From positions 1,317 to 65,316 of the forward strand of contig CAZSNG010000006.1 of the NCBI GenBank assembly GCA_964608345.1: DNA of 64,000 nucleotides. Reading direction: 5' to 3'. Source of the stretch: an uncultured Thermotogae bacterium (GTDB lineage Bacteria > Bipolaricaulota > Bipolaricaulia > UBA7950 > UBA9294). Below are positions 37,043 through 46,345 of this stretch, piece after piece; position 1 is the first letter of the stretch, and each line of letters begins with the position of its first letter. A program made the translations under genes and the position numbers. The notes beneath the pieces were generated by a model that saw only the letters and a program-made list of their open reading frames with translations, searched no databases and was not told the origin of the DNA.

Positions 37043-38643
37043 GCAACACCGCACAACTGCGAGTCGGGTTCGACGTTGGCGGGACGTTCACCGACGGCGT
37101 GTTGATGATGGGGCGCGAGGTCATCGCTAAGGCGAAGTCGCTCACCACCCAAGACGTCACCTCGGGGATCGTCGAGGCGCTCGACCGCGTTCTCGAGGGA
37201 TCGGCCGTCGACCTGAGCCGGATCTCGATGGTCTCGCTCGGAACGACGCACACGACCAACGCACTCATCGAGCGCCGAAACCTGAACAAGGTCGGCATCT
37301 TCCGGCTCGGCGCGCCCGCAACGACCGCGATCCCGCCCTTGACCGGGTGGCCGGACGACCTGAAGGAGGCGATCGGCGGGCAGGAAGTTGTCTATGTCAT
37401 CCGAGGCGGATCGGAGTACGACGGCCGCGACATCGTGCCGCTCGACAAGCAGGCGATCGCGAATGCGTGCGCGGCGATGAGGGGGAAGGTCGACTCGGTA
37501 GCGATCACCGGCGTCTTCTCGCCGATCATCTCCGATCACGAGGAATGGGCCGAGGAGGTCGTACGAAGCGTGCTCGGGGACGAGATCCACGTCACGCTGT
37601 CCCATCGAATCGCGACGATCTCGCTCCTCGAGCGGGAGAACTCGACGATCCTCAATGCCGCGGTGATCACGGTGATGCAACGTGCCGTTCAGTCGCTGAA
37701 AGCGGCGGTCGCCGAGCGTGGGATCGAGGCGCCGCTGTTCATCGTCCAGAACGATGGGAGCGTGATGTCGGCCGATTACGCCGTCGACTACCCGATCTTC
37801 ACCGTCGCTTCCGGCCCGGCGGCCAGTGTGCGGGGATCGGTCTATCTCTCAGGTATTGAAGACGGCGTTGTCGCCGACATCGGCGGGACATCGACCGACG
37901 TCGCCTACATCGTCAAGGGATTCCCGCGTGAGTCGTCGATCACCGTCAACATCGGTGGTGTGAAGACGAACATCCGCTGTCCCGACCTCCTGTCGATCGC
38001 GCTCGGCGGCGGGACGATCGTCAAGCACGAAGGGGACGACGTCACCGGCCTCGGGCCGGAGAGCGTCGGCTACAACCTCGTCCGGCTCGGCACGTCGTTC
38101 GGCGGGCCGCTGCTGACCGTCCACGATACCGCCGTCGCCCTCGGCAAGCTCGACACGCGGCTCGACGTCTTCACAACGGACTTCGTCACTGCGCCGGAGA
38201 AGATCGCGGCCGTGCCTCGCTCGCTGATCGAAAGCGCGTGGGAGGCGATCCGGAAGACGATCGAGGAAGCGATCGACAAGATGAAGACGACGGCCGAGCC
38301 GGTCCCCGCCATCTTCATCGGCGGCGGAGCGCTCGTCGTTCCCAAGACGGGCCTCTCCGGCGTGAGCGAGGCGATCAGTCCCGATCACTTCGAGGTGGGA
38401 GGCGCGGTCGGGACGACGATCGCCGAGATCGGGGCCTACGCCGAAGGCGTTGTGGATCTCGACGTGGAGGACCGCGACGAAGCGATCGAGCGAGTCACTG
38501 AGCACGCGATCGACAACGCCGTCAAGGCGGGCGCGATCCGCGAGACGGCCGAGGTGATCGACATCGAGGAGATTCCGTTCACCTACATGCCCGGCAAACG
38601 CGAGAAGATCCGGATCCGCGTGAAAGGGAAGGTGCTGCAGTGA
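37039..38643 (+). CDS. Short hydantoinase/oxoprolinase A-like ATPase (DUF917-associated type)
   Basis: GFDVGGTFTD, LGTTHTTNAL, LERENSTILNA, SGPAASVRG, DIGGTSTD, LGGG. Confidence 0.9.
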   Translation: MSNTAQLRVGFDVGGTFTDGVLMMGREVIAKAKSLTTQDVTSGIVEALDRVLEGSAVDLSRISMVSLGTTHTTNALIERRNLNKVGIFRLGAPATTAIPPLTGWPDDLKEAIGGQEVVYVIRGGSEYDGRDIVPLDKQAIANACAAMRGKVDSVAITGVFSPIISDHEEWAEEVVRSVLGDEIHVTLSHRIATISLLERENSTILNAAVITVMQRAVQSLKAAVAERGIEAPLFIVQNDGSVMSADYAVDYPIFTVASGPAASVRGSVYLSGIEDGVVADIGGTSTDVAYIVKGFPRESSITVNIGGVKTNIRCPDLLSIALGGGTIVKHEGDDVTGLGPESVGYNLVRLGTSFGGPLLTVHDTAVALGKLDTRLDVFTTDFVTAPEKIAAVPRSLIESAWEAIRKTIEEAIDKMKTTAEPVPAIFIGGGALVVPKTGLSGVSEAISPDHFEVGGAVGTTIAEIGAYAEGVVDLDVEDRDEAIERVTEHAIDNAVKAGAIRETAEVIDIEEIPFTYMPGKREKIRIRVKGKVLQ

Positions 38644-39818
38644 GCGATCGACGGACCGACCCGCGCAGGATTCTTGCCGACTGGGGTGTCACCGGTTTCC
38701 GCGTGATTGACAAGGAAGCGATCAGCGAGATCACCCTCGGGGCGTCGATCCTCGCCACCGGCGGCGGAGGCGATCCGGAGATCGGCCTCCTCTGGACATA
38801 TAAGGTGATCGACGAGGGGAAAGAGATCCTGATGGTCGACCCGATGGACGTTCCAGACGAGGTGCAAACGGCCAGTGCGGCCTGCCTCGGCGCGGCGATC
38901 GTACTGACCGAGAAGCCGCCGAGCAGCTCGGTGATCAACCTGGCGATCCGGAAGCTGGAAACGTACATGGACTGCTCGATCGAGGCGATGATTCCGCTCG
39001 AATGCGGCGGCGTGAATTCGCCTGTCTCCTACGCGGCAGCCGGCGAGTTCGGAATCCCCGTCATCGATGTCGACGGGATGAACCGTGCCTTCCCGGAACT
39101 CCAGATGACATCGTGGGTAACGCACGGCTGTCACTCGTCTCCGACCGTCTCGGTCGACGACCGGCAGAACATCTCCGTGATTGACACCGGCGACGACGAC
39201 ATGCTGGCCGAGACACTGGCGCGGCGGGTAGCCATGGCCTACGGAGGAATCTCGTGGATCGCCACCTATCCGCTGACCGGAGCGCAGATGAAACGAACGT
39301 CGATTCTCGGCTCGCAGAGCATCGCCTGGGCCGTCGGTCGCGCCGTGATGCGGGCTCGACGGGAGCACCTCGACCCGATCGCCGAACTGCTGGGCAGCCT
39401 GAAGGAAGAGCGAAATGTCGAGGGCTATCGGGTCTTCCGCGGGAAGATCGTCGATATCCGTCGCGACTTCGGATCCGAGACGAACAAGGGTTTCACCCTC
39501 GGATCGATCGTGATGGAGGGGATCGACGACTACAAGGAGCAGACGGCGAGGCTCGACTTCCAGAACGAGTGGCTCAACCTACGAGTCAACGACGAGATCC
39601 TCTGTCTCCCGCCTGACCTGATAGCGATCCTCGATTCGGAGACGGGCGAGCCGATCCGAACCGACATCATGAAGTACGGATACCGGGGGACAATCGTCCT
39701 CATCCCGGCACACGAGCGGATGAGAACGCCCAAGGGGATCGAGATGTTCGGTCCGCGCCACTTCGGTTATGACCTTGACTACGCAACGGTCGAGGAGCTG
39801 AACGAACACAGGAGGTGA
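38640..39818 (+). CDS. DUF917-family protein, paralog 1
   Basis: LATGGGGDP, PLECGGVN, DVDGMNRAFPELQMTS, FQNE, PPDLI, GEPIRT. Confidence 0.9.
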   Translation: MSDRRTDPRRILADWGVTGFRVIDKEAISEITLGASILATGGGGDPEIGLLWTYKVIDEGKEILMVDPMDVPDEVQTASAACLGAAIVLTEKPPSSSVINLAIRKLETYMDCSIEAMIPLECGGVNSPVSYAAAGEFGIPVIDVDGMNRAFPELQMTSWVTHGCHSSPTVSVDDRQNISVIDTGDDDMLAETLARRVAMAYGGISWIATYPLTGAQMKRTSILGSQSIAWAVGRAVMRARREHLDPIAELLGSLKEERNVEGYRVFRGKIVDIRRDFGSETNKGFTLGSIVMEGIDDYKEQTARLDFQNEWLNLRVNDEILCLPPDLIAILDSETGEPIRTDIMKYGYRGTIVLIPAHERMRTPKGIEMFGPRHFGYDLDYATVEELNEHRR

Positions 39819-39825
39819 TGGGGGA

Positions 39826-40095
39826 GTGGACTACGAGGGATTGTTCGCAGGCGACGCTCGTCATCGCGAGGTCTTGAAGGCGATCCTCGAGTCGCCGTTC
39901 ATCGAGCGCCAGGCGCTTGGCGAGAAGCTGGCCGTTCCGAGCGACGAGCTCGATCCTCTCCTCGCGGCGTTGGTGGAGAAGATGCTGGTGCTCGAGCTGG
40001 CGAGCCAGGCCGATTCCAGCATCGAGGCTCGCGTCCCGAAGACGGTGTACATGATCAACCCCGAGGAGGAAGCAGGCGTCCGTGAGCACGTGTAA
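39826..40095 (+). CDS. Small hypothetical protein, possible winged-helix fold
   Basis: 89 aa, GGGGA RBS, coupled to both neighbours; amphipathic HTH-like pattern (REVLKAIL..P...LGEKL....ELDPLLAALVEK.LV). Confidence 0.6.
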   Translation: MDYEGLFAGDARHREVLKAILESPFIERQALGEKLAVPSDELDPLLAALVEKMLVLELASQADSSIEARVPKTVYMINPEEEAGVREHV

Positions 40096-41188
40096 GCCGA
40101 TCGATCATGAGAAGCGAATCGTTGCGTTGCAGCGCGAGATAGCGACCGCATCGGTCGACCTCGTCCTCCTCTTCCATCGCGACAACATCCGCTATTTCAC
40201 CGGGTTTCGGATCAACAAAGTCATCTCGTCGGTCCTCGCTGTTCCGCGGAGCGGGCCGCCGACGTACGTTGTGGCACGGCTCGACATGGAGCGCGCCAAG
40301 CGCGACTGCTGGATCGAGCAGCTGATCGCGTTTCCGGAGGACACGCCAGACCCTCTCTCCGCCCTGGATCCGCTCCTTCCGGCGCCGGTGAAGCGGATCG
40401 GCGTCGAGCATGGAACGATCACGCTCGAGCAGGCCGAGTTCATCAAGGGTCGGCGAGCAGCGGAGACCGTGTTGCTCGATGCCCAGCCGCTCGTCGATCG
40501 CCTCCGCGTGATCAAGAGCGTGGCCGAGATCGAGCGGCTGCGTGAATCGGCGCGGATCGCGAGTCGGGTCATGCAGCGGATTCAGGCCGAGCTCCGGCCC
40601 GGGCTGATCGAGGCGGAATTGGCGGCGTGGACCGAGCACCTGCTGGTCAAGGAAGGGGCCGAGGGCTCGTCGTTCGAGGCATTCATGACCTCGGGCGCCA
40701 ACGCGTGGCTCCCACAACGTGTCCCGGTGCGCAAGCCGATCCGAGACGGGGAAATGATCCTCCTCGACATGGGTGGGGTCTACGACGGCTACTGCTCCGA
40801 CATCACGAGAACGCTTTCGACCAACGGCCTCTCACCCGACCAACGGCGGCTATTCGACAGCGTTCGGCGGGCGTATGAGCGCGCGCTTGACGCAGTGCGG
40901 TCGGGTGTGACGGCTGAGGAGGTCGATGCCGCGGCCCGAGACCTGCTGCGCGCCGAGGGGTACGGCGAGTACTTCACCCACCTCACCGGACACGGGATCG
41001 GCCTGTCGACGCACGAGGGCCCGATCGTCGACGAGCACGTCGAGACCGTCCTCGCACCGGGGATGGTCTTCACGGTCGAGCCCGGGGCGTACGTACCGGG
41101 TGTCGGCGCGGCGCGGATCGAGGACATGGTGTTGGTCACCGAAACGGGGTACGAGATCCTGACCGACGCCCCACGCGAGATCGAGTAG
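40082..41188 (+). CDS. M24 Xaa-Pro peptidase (prolidase/aminopeptidase P)
   Basis: LLDMG, YCSDITRT, HLTGHGIGLSTHE, TVEPG, RIED metal ligands. Confidence 0.95.
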   Translation: MSTCKPIDHEKRIVALQREIATASVDLVLLFHRDNIRYFTGFRINKVISSVLAVPRSGPPTYVVARLDMERAKRDCWIEQLIAFPEDTPDPLSALDPLLPAPVKRIGVEHGTITLEQAEFIKGRRAAETVLLDAQPLVDRLRVIKSVAEIERLRESARIASRVMQRIQAELRPGLIEAELAAWTEHLLVKEGAEGSSFEAFMTSGANAWLPQRVPVRKPIRDGEMILLDMGGVYDGYCSDITRTLSTNGLSPDQRRLFDSVRRAYERALDAVRSGVTAEEVDAAARDLLRAEGYGEYFTHLTGHGIGLSTHEGPIVDEHVETVLAPGMVFTVEPGAYVPGVGAARIEDMVLVTETGYEILTDAPREIE

Positions 41189-41214
41189 GACGGGCAGGCG
41201 AGGAAGGAGCGATC

Positions 41215-42357
41215 GTGGGCGTGAGGGAGATCCTTGGAGAATGGCAGGTCACCGACTACCGCGTGATCGACAGGGAGGCGCTGGCTGAGATTACGCTCGG
41301 GGCGTCGGTCCTAGCGACGGGAGGTGGAGGGGACCCCGAGATCGGCCTGCTGTGGGCCTACAATGTCGTCGATCAGGGAAACGAGATTCTTCTGATCGAC
41401 CCCGACGCGATCCCCGACGAGGCGCTGGCGACGATTGCGGGCTGCCTCGGTGCGGCGCTCGTTCTGACCGAGAAGCCCCCGAACGGCCAGGAACTGTTCT
41501 GGTGCTACGATCGCCTTCGCCGCTACATGGGAAGGTCGGTGCAGGCGGTGATCCCGGCCGAGGCTGGAGGCGTCAACACGCCGGTCCCGATGGCTGTCGC
41601 CGGTGCGGTCGGCGTGCCGGTGATCGACGCCGACGGAATGGGGCGAGCCTTTCCCGAGCTTCAGATGACTTCGTTCTACACCCACGGCTGCCAGCCGGCT
41701 CCGGTGGCACTGGCCAACGAGAAGGGGCACGTCACGATCTGCGATTCCGAGGACGGTCTGCTGACTGAGCGGATCGCCCGAGCCGCGGCGATGGCCTATG
41801 GCGGGATCTCATGGATCGCCGGCTATCCGTTGACCGGGCGGCAGATTCGGGAGACCGCGATCTTGCGTTCGGTCACCCTGGCGTGGAATCTCGGCAGACG
41901 GATCTTCGAGGCGCGCCGGAAGCACCTCGATCCGATCGAGGAGACGCTGAATCTCACCAACGGCTACTGCGCCTTCACCGGGAAGATCGTCGACATCAAC
42001 CGCGAATTCGGGGCCGAAAAGACGAAGGGATTCTCCCTCGGCGAGATCACGATGGAGGGGATTGACGCGGACAAAGGGCGGACAGCCCGGATCGGGTTCC
42101 AGAACGAGTGGCTGACCTTCGACGTCGATGGCCGAATCCTCTGTCTGCCGCCGGATCTGATCTGCATCCTCGATCCGGCGACCGGCGAGCCGATCCGCAC
42201 CGACATCGTCAAGTACGGCTACCGCGGCTCGGTGATCCTGATCCCGGCTCATGAGCGGATGCGGACGCCGAAGGGCATCGAAACGTTCGGTCCGCGCTAC
42301 TTCGGTTACGAGTACGACTACGTCCCGGTCGAGCAGCTACGGGAGGGCATCGCCTGA
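41215..42357 (+). CDS. DUF917-family protein, paralog 2
   Basis: LATGGGGDPEIGLLW, PAEAGGVN, DADGMGRAFPELQMTS, GFQNEW, LPPDLI, TGEPIRTD. Confidence 0.9.
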   Translation: MGVREILGEWQVTDYRVIDREALAEITLGASVLATGGGGDPEIGLLWAYNVVDQGNEILLIDPDAIPDEALATIAGCLGAALVLTEKPPNGQELFWCYDRLRRYMGRSVQAVIPAEAGGVNTPVPMAVAGAVGVPVIDADGMGRAFPELQMTSFYTHGCQPAPVALANEKGHVTICDSEDGLLTERIARAAAMAYGGISWIAGYPLTGRQIRETAILRSVTLAWNLGRRIFEARRKHLDPIEETLNLTNGYCAFTGKIVDINREFGAEKTKGFSLGEITMEGIDADKGRTARIGFQNEWLTFDVDGRILCLPPDLICILDPATGEPIRTDIVKYGYRGSVILIPAHERMRTPKGIETFGPRYFGYEYDYVPVEQLREGIA

Positions 42358-43346
42358 TGAGGAACCGCAGGACGCTTCCGTTCGTCGACACGCACACCGC
42401 TGGTGAGCCGACTCGAATCGTCCTCGACGGGTTTCCGCAGCCACCCGGCGCGACGATGGAGGAGCGTAGGCAGTGGCTGAGCGTGCACGCTGACGGTCTA
42501 CGACGGCTCGTTCTCCAAGAGCCCCGCGGGCACCGTGACATGTTCGGCGCTGTGGTCTCCGAACCGGTCGACCCGACGTGTGATGCCGGCGTGTTCTTCA
42601 TCGAGAGCGGCGGGTATCTCAGAATGTGTGGGCACGGAACGATCGGCGTCGTCACGGCACTTGTCGCGTTGGGACGGTGCAGCGGGCCCGACGTAGTCCT
42701 CGACACGCCGGCCGGCCGAATCGCTTGCCGCGTCCACGGCGGCGGCGTGCCGCCGGAGGCGGTCACCATGCGGAATGTGCCCTCCTTCTACCTCGGAGAC
42801 GTCGATGTCGAAGGGACCACGGTGTCCCTCGCATTCGGAGGCAACCTCTTCGGACTGGTCGACGTCGCGGCGGCCGGTCATCGGGTCGACCGAACCGAGA
42901 TTGTCCCGCTCGTTCAAACGGCGCTCGAGCTGCGAGCGCGCGTGAACGAGCTCGGACCTTGGATGCATCCGGCCAGCGGAGAGGAGATGTGCGTTGAGCT
43001 GATCGAGTTCTTCGGGGAGGGGAACCCACCGCGAAACCTGGTTGTCTTCGGGCACGGCCAGGTCGACCGCTCCCCATGCGGGACCGGAACGAGCGCCAAG
43101 ATGGCGACCCTCCACGCCCGCGGCACGTTGGGTGTGGGAGAACCGTATCCCTACCGAAGCGTCCTCGACACGGAGTTCGTCGGACGAATCGTCGAAGAGA
43201 CAGACGTCGGAGACCATCGCGGGATCGTTCCTGAGATCACCGGAACAGCGCACATCATCGCGACGGGGGACCTGATCCTCGACGAGGACGATCCGTTCCC
43301 CGAAGGGTTTGAGCTGATGCCCGGGGCAGATCGCGGACTATTTTGA
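42357..43346 (+). CDS. Proline racemase / hydroxyproline epimerase family, two-Cys type
   Basis: DTHTAGEPTR, EPRGHRDMFG, YLRMCGHGT, DRSPCGTGTSA. Confidence 0.95.
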   Translation: MRNRRTLPFVDTHTAGEPTRIVLDGFPQPPGATMEERRQWLSVHADGLRRLVLQEPRGHRDMFGAVVSEPVDPTCDAGVFFIESGGYLRMCGHGTIGVVTALVALGRCSGPDVVLDTPAGRIACRVHGGGVPPEAVTMRNVPSFYLGDVDVEGTTVSLAFGGNLFGLVDVAAAGHRVDRTEIVPLVQTALELRARVNELGPWMHPASGEEMCVELIEFFGEGNPPRNLVVFGHGQVDRSPCGTGTSAKMATLHARGTLGVGEPYPYRSVLDTEFVGRIVEETDVGDHRGIVPEITGTAHIIATGDLILDEDDPFPEGFELMPGADRGLF

Positions 43347-43362
43347 AGAGGCCGCAAGTATA

Positions 43363-43391
43363 TTGAAACGCCGACGGTCATCACCTACCCT
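43363..43391 (+). promoter_or_regulatory. Putative sigma70 promoter of the second XRE operon
   Basis: TTGAAA-N17-TACCCT, 9 nt before ATG 43401, no SD. Confidence 0.55.
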
Positions 43392-43400
43392 CTTCGCATC

Positions 43401-44012
43401 ATGAACGAGATCGGCGTTCGCCTTCGAGAGGCGCGGCTCCAGCATGGCTGGACGCTCGATGGACTCTCCGAACGTTGCGGTCTGTCGCAGAGCTTCCTAT
43501 CGCAGGTCGAGCGGGGTCTATCGACCTTGTCCATCGTATCGCTATCCGCGATCTGCAAGGCCCTTGAGCTCCCGATCGAAACGCTCTTCTCGAGCAGCGC
43601 GCCCCTCGATCAGCGGTCGCCCCGGGTCACTACGGCCGATCGGCAGCTACTGATCCGGATTGGGGACTCCCCCGTGTCGTATCGCTATCTGAGCGGGCAA
43701 CTTCCCTCGTCGCCGATCGCTGAGCTGCTGATCGCGGAGTTCCCTGTTGGTTGCGACCAGCGCGACAGCACGCATGAGGGACAGGAGCTGGGCTACATCC
43801 TCGAGGGCGCACTCGACTTGCGTGTTGGGGAGGAGGAGCATCGCCTGGCTGTCGGTGACAGCTATCGGATCGATGCGTCCGAGCCGCACGACTACCGGAC
43901 GTCGGCCGATCTTGGCGCGAGGGTCTTGATGGCGGTGACTCAACGGTTCATCGAGGTCCCCCGCGAGGACGCATTGGGACGGGAGAGCCCTGCCCCCAAC
44001 GGGGCCACGTGA
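43401..44012 (+). CDS. Second XRE-HTH plus cupin regulator
   Basis: LREARLQHGWTLDGLS...SQSFLSQVERG; THEGQELGYILEG; PHDYR. Confidence 0.93.
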   Translation: MNEIGVRLREARLQHGWTLDGLSERCGLSQSFLSQVERGLSTLSIVSLSAICKALELPIETLFSSSAPLDQRSPRVTTADRQLLIRIGDSPVSYRYLSGQLPSSPIAELLIAEFPVGCDQRDSTHEGQELGYILEGALDLRVGEEEHRLAVGDSYRIDASEPHDYRTSADLGARVLMAVTQRFIEVPREDALGRESPAPNGAT

Positions 44013-44028
44013 GGAGAGAACAACGACG

Positions 44029-46227
44029 ATGGGACGAATCGAACAGCACCCGATCGTACGCAAGGAATGGAAGAATCCGTTTTCGTTCTCGTTCGACGGG
44101 AAGGAGATCGAAGCGTATCCCGATGAGATGATCTCCTCGGCGCTCTTCGCCGCGGGGATCCGCGTCTTCGGGCATCACCATCGCGATGGTGCGCCGCAGG
44201 GGATCTACTGCGCCAATGGCCAGTGCGCCCAGTGTCTCGTCTTGGCGGACGGCATCCCCGTGAAGGCATGCATGACGCCGACGGCGCCCGGCATGTGCGT
44301 CGAGCCGGTCGACGGGTTGCCGGTGCTGCCGGCGCTCGATCGGGTTCCGGAGATGTCCGAGGCCGAAACGATCTCCGTGCCGGTCCTCATCCTCGGTGGC
44401 GGCCCGGCGGGAATGTCGGCGGCGCTCGAGATCGGCGGTCGCGGCGTCGAAACGATTCTCGTCGACGACAAGGACAGGCTCGGCGGGAAGCTCGTCCTCC
44501 AGACGCACCGCTTCTTCGGATCGATCAACGCGGTGCATGCAGGGACGCGGGGCATCGACATCGGCACGCGCCTCGCGCGTGAGGTCGAGGCGCTCGACTC
44601 GGTTGACGTCTGGCTGAACGCCACCGCCCTTGCCGTCTTCGCCGACAGGAAGGTCGGGATCTTGCGTGGCGACAGGGTTGTCCACGTGGAGCCGGAGATT
44701 CTCCTCGTCGCCACCGGCGCGCGGGAGAAGTCGCTCGTCTTCAACGGCAACACCCTTCCCGGTGTCTACGGGGCGGGCGCGTTCCAAACGCTCGTCAACC
44801 GGGACCTCGTCCGCGCCGCCGACCGCCTGTTCATCGTCGGTGGCGGGAATGTCGGGCTGATCGCCGGGTATCACGCGCTCCAGGCGGGCATCGACGTGGT
44901 CGGACTCGTCGAGGCGCTGCCCGAGTGCGGCGGCTACAAGGTGCACAAGGACAAGCTCGCACGGATGGGTGTGCCGATCTACACCTCACATACGATCGTC
45001 TCCGCCAACGGATCGGATCGGGTCGAGTCGGTGACGATCGCGGAGGTGGACGGATCCTTCCGGCCGGACGCTGGTTCGGAGCGATCGTTCGACTGCGACA
45101 CGGTGTTGGTCGCCGTCGGACTCGATCCGGTCGATGAGTTCCTCGATGCCGCGCGCCGTTTCGACCTGCCGGTGTTCGCCGCCGGCGATGCCGAGGAGAT
45201 CGCCGAGGCGTCGGCCGCGATCTTCTCCGGACGGATCCAAGGCGTCGAGATCGCCCGCCATCTCGGCGTGTCCGGCGACGCGATCCCGGACGATTGGCGG
45301 TCGATGTCCGAGATCCTCCGCTCGAAGCCGGGAAGCATCGTGGAGCGTCCGGGGCCGGAGAGCGTGGCGGGAGTCCGACCCGTCTTTCACTGCACACAGG
45401 AGATCCCGTGCAACCCGTGCTCGTCGGTCTGCCCGCAGGGGCTGATCCGGATCGACGAGGAGGACATCCGCGCGCTTCCGCAATACGTCGCCGACGAAGT
45501 CGAGAAGGCATGCCTTGGGTGCGAACGGTGCATCACGATCTGCCCCGGCCTCGCGATCACGCTTCTGGACGGCCGCGACGATCCGGCGAACCCGCTGGTC
45601 ACGATTCCGTTCGAGTACGAGCCGGACCGACTGGCCGTTGGCGATGATGTCGAGGTCCTCGATGCGGTCGGGGAGCTGCTTGGCTCCGTGCCCGTCGTCG
45701 AACGGAAAGCAATCCCGGCGAACGACCGAACCGTCCTGATCGCGTTCCGCGCGCCGGCCGAGATCGCCGCGCGAATCGCCGGGATCCGCCTGCAAGAGCC
45801 GTGGGTCGGGGATTCTCGCGCCGAAGCGATTGAGCCGCTTCGGGACACTGACATCGTCTGTCGATGCGAGCGGGTGACCGCCGGGGAGATCCGCGAACTG
45901 ATCCGCGCCGGCATCCGAGACGTGAACGAGATCAAGACGATCACGCGAGCAGGCATGGGCGCCTGTGGGGGAAAGACGTGCCAGTCGTTGATCGGGCGCC
46001 TCTTTCGTGAGGAGGGGGTGTCCCTCGATGAGGTGACGGACCAGGTTCCTCGACCGCTGTTCGTCGAGGTCCCGCTCGGTTCGTTCGCCGGGATCGTCTC
46101 GAGCGTCGAATCGGTGCGCTCGTTCGAATCGGGCGGGGATCGTCTTGAGCCGCGAATGGGTCCGTCCGGCTCGAGCCGGGCAGGGAGCCCTGCGAACTCC
46201 CTGCGCTGGAGGTGCTCTCGTGACTAG
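44029..46227 (+). CDS. Fused [2Fe-2S]/FAD-NAD oxidoreductase/2x[4Fe-4S]/BFD protein; alpha-type subunit of a proline/hydroxyproline dehydrogenase or sarcosine/opine oxidase-like complex
   Basis: CANGQCAQC...C, GGGPAG, ATGARE, GGGNVG, CTQEIPCNPCSSVCP, CLGCERCITICP, CRCE...GMGACGGKTC. Confidence 0.88.
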   Translation: MGRIEQHPIVRKEWKNPFSFSFDGKEIEAYPDEMISSALFAAGIRVFGHHHRDGAPQGIYCANGQCAQCLVLADGIPVKACMTPTAPGMCVEPVDGLPVLPALDRVPEMSEAETISVPVLILGGGPAGMSAALEIGGRGVETILVDDKDRLGGKLVLQTHRFFGSINAVHAGTRGIDIGTRLAREVEALDSVDVWLNATALAVFADRKVGILRGDRVVHVEPEILLVATGAREKSLVFNGNTLPGVYGAGAFQTLVNRDLVRAADRLFIVGGGNVGLIAGYHALQAGIDVVGLVEALPECGGYKVHKDKLARMGVPIYTSHTIVSANGSDRVESVTIAEVDGSFRPDAGSERSFDCDTVLVAVGLDPVDEFLDAARRFDLPVFAAGDAEEIAEASAAIFSGRIQGVEIARHLGVSGDAIPDDWRSMSEILRSKPGSIVERPGPESVAGVRPVFHCTQEIPCNPCSSVCPQGLIRIDEEDIRALPQYVADEVEKACLGCERCITICPGLAITLLDGRDDPANPLVTIPFEYEPDRLAVGDDVEVLDAVGELLGSVPVVERKAIPANDRTVLIAFRAPAEIAARIAGIRLQEPWVGDSRAEAIEPLRDTDIVCRCERVTAGEIRELIRAGIRDVNEIKTITRAGMGACGGKTCQSLIGRLFREEGVSLDEVTDQVPRPLFVEVPLGSFAGIVSSVESVRSFESGGDRLEPRMGPSGSSRAGSPANSLRWRCSRD

Positions 46228-46345
46228 GACCTACGATGTGATTAGCGTCTCGAACGCCGGATGGGACGATGCGTTCGAGCCGGGCAGGGAATCGCTTGGA
46301 TTCCCTGCGTCGGGAGGGCTAGCGTGAGTCGGACGTACGATGTCG
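46141..46345 (+). repeat. Imperfect ~104-bp tandem duplication, each unit carrying hairpin + RBS + GTG start
   Basis: Both copies share TCGAGCCGGGCAGGGA...TCCCTGCG..GGAGG.GCT..CGTGA.T.GGAC.TACGATGT; GTG codons at 46220 and 46324. Confidence 0.8.

Noticed and set aside
42357-43346. Stickland D-proline reductase (selenoprotein) system
   Set aside because: No prdA/prdB-like genes or in-frame TGA-containing partner seen; the neighbours point to oxidation, not reduction.
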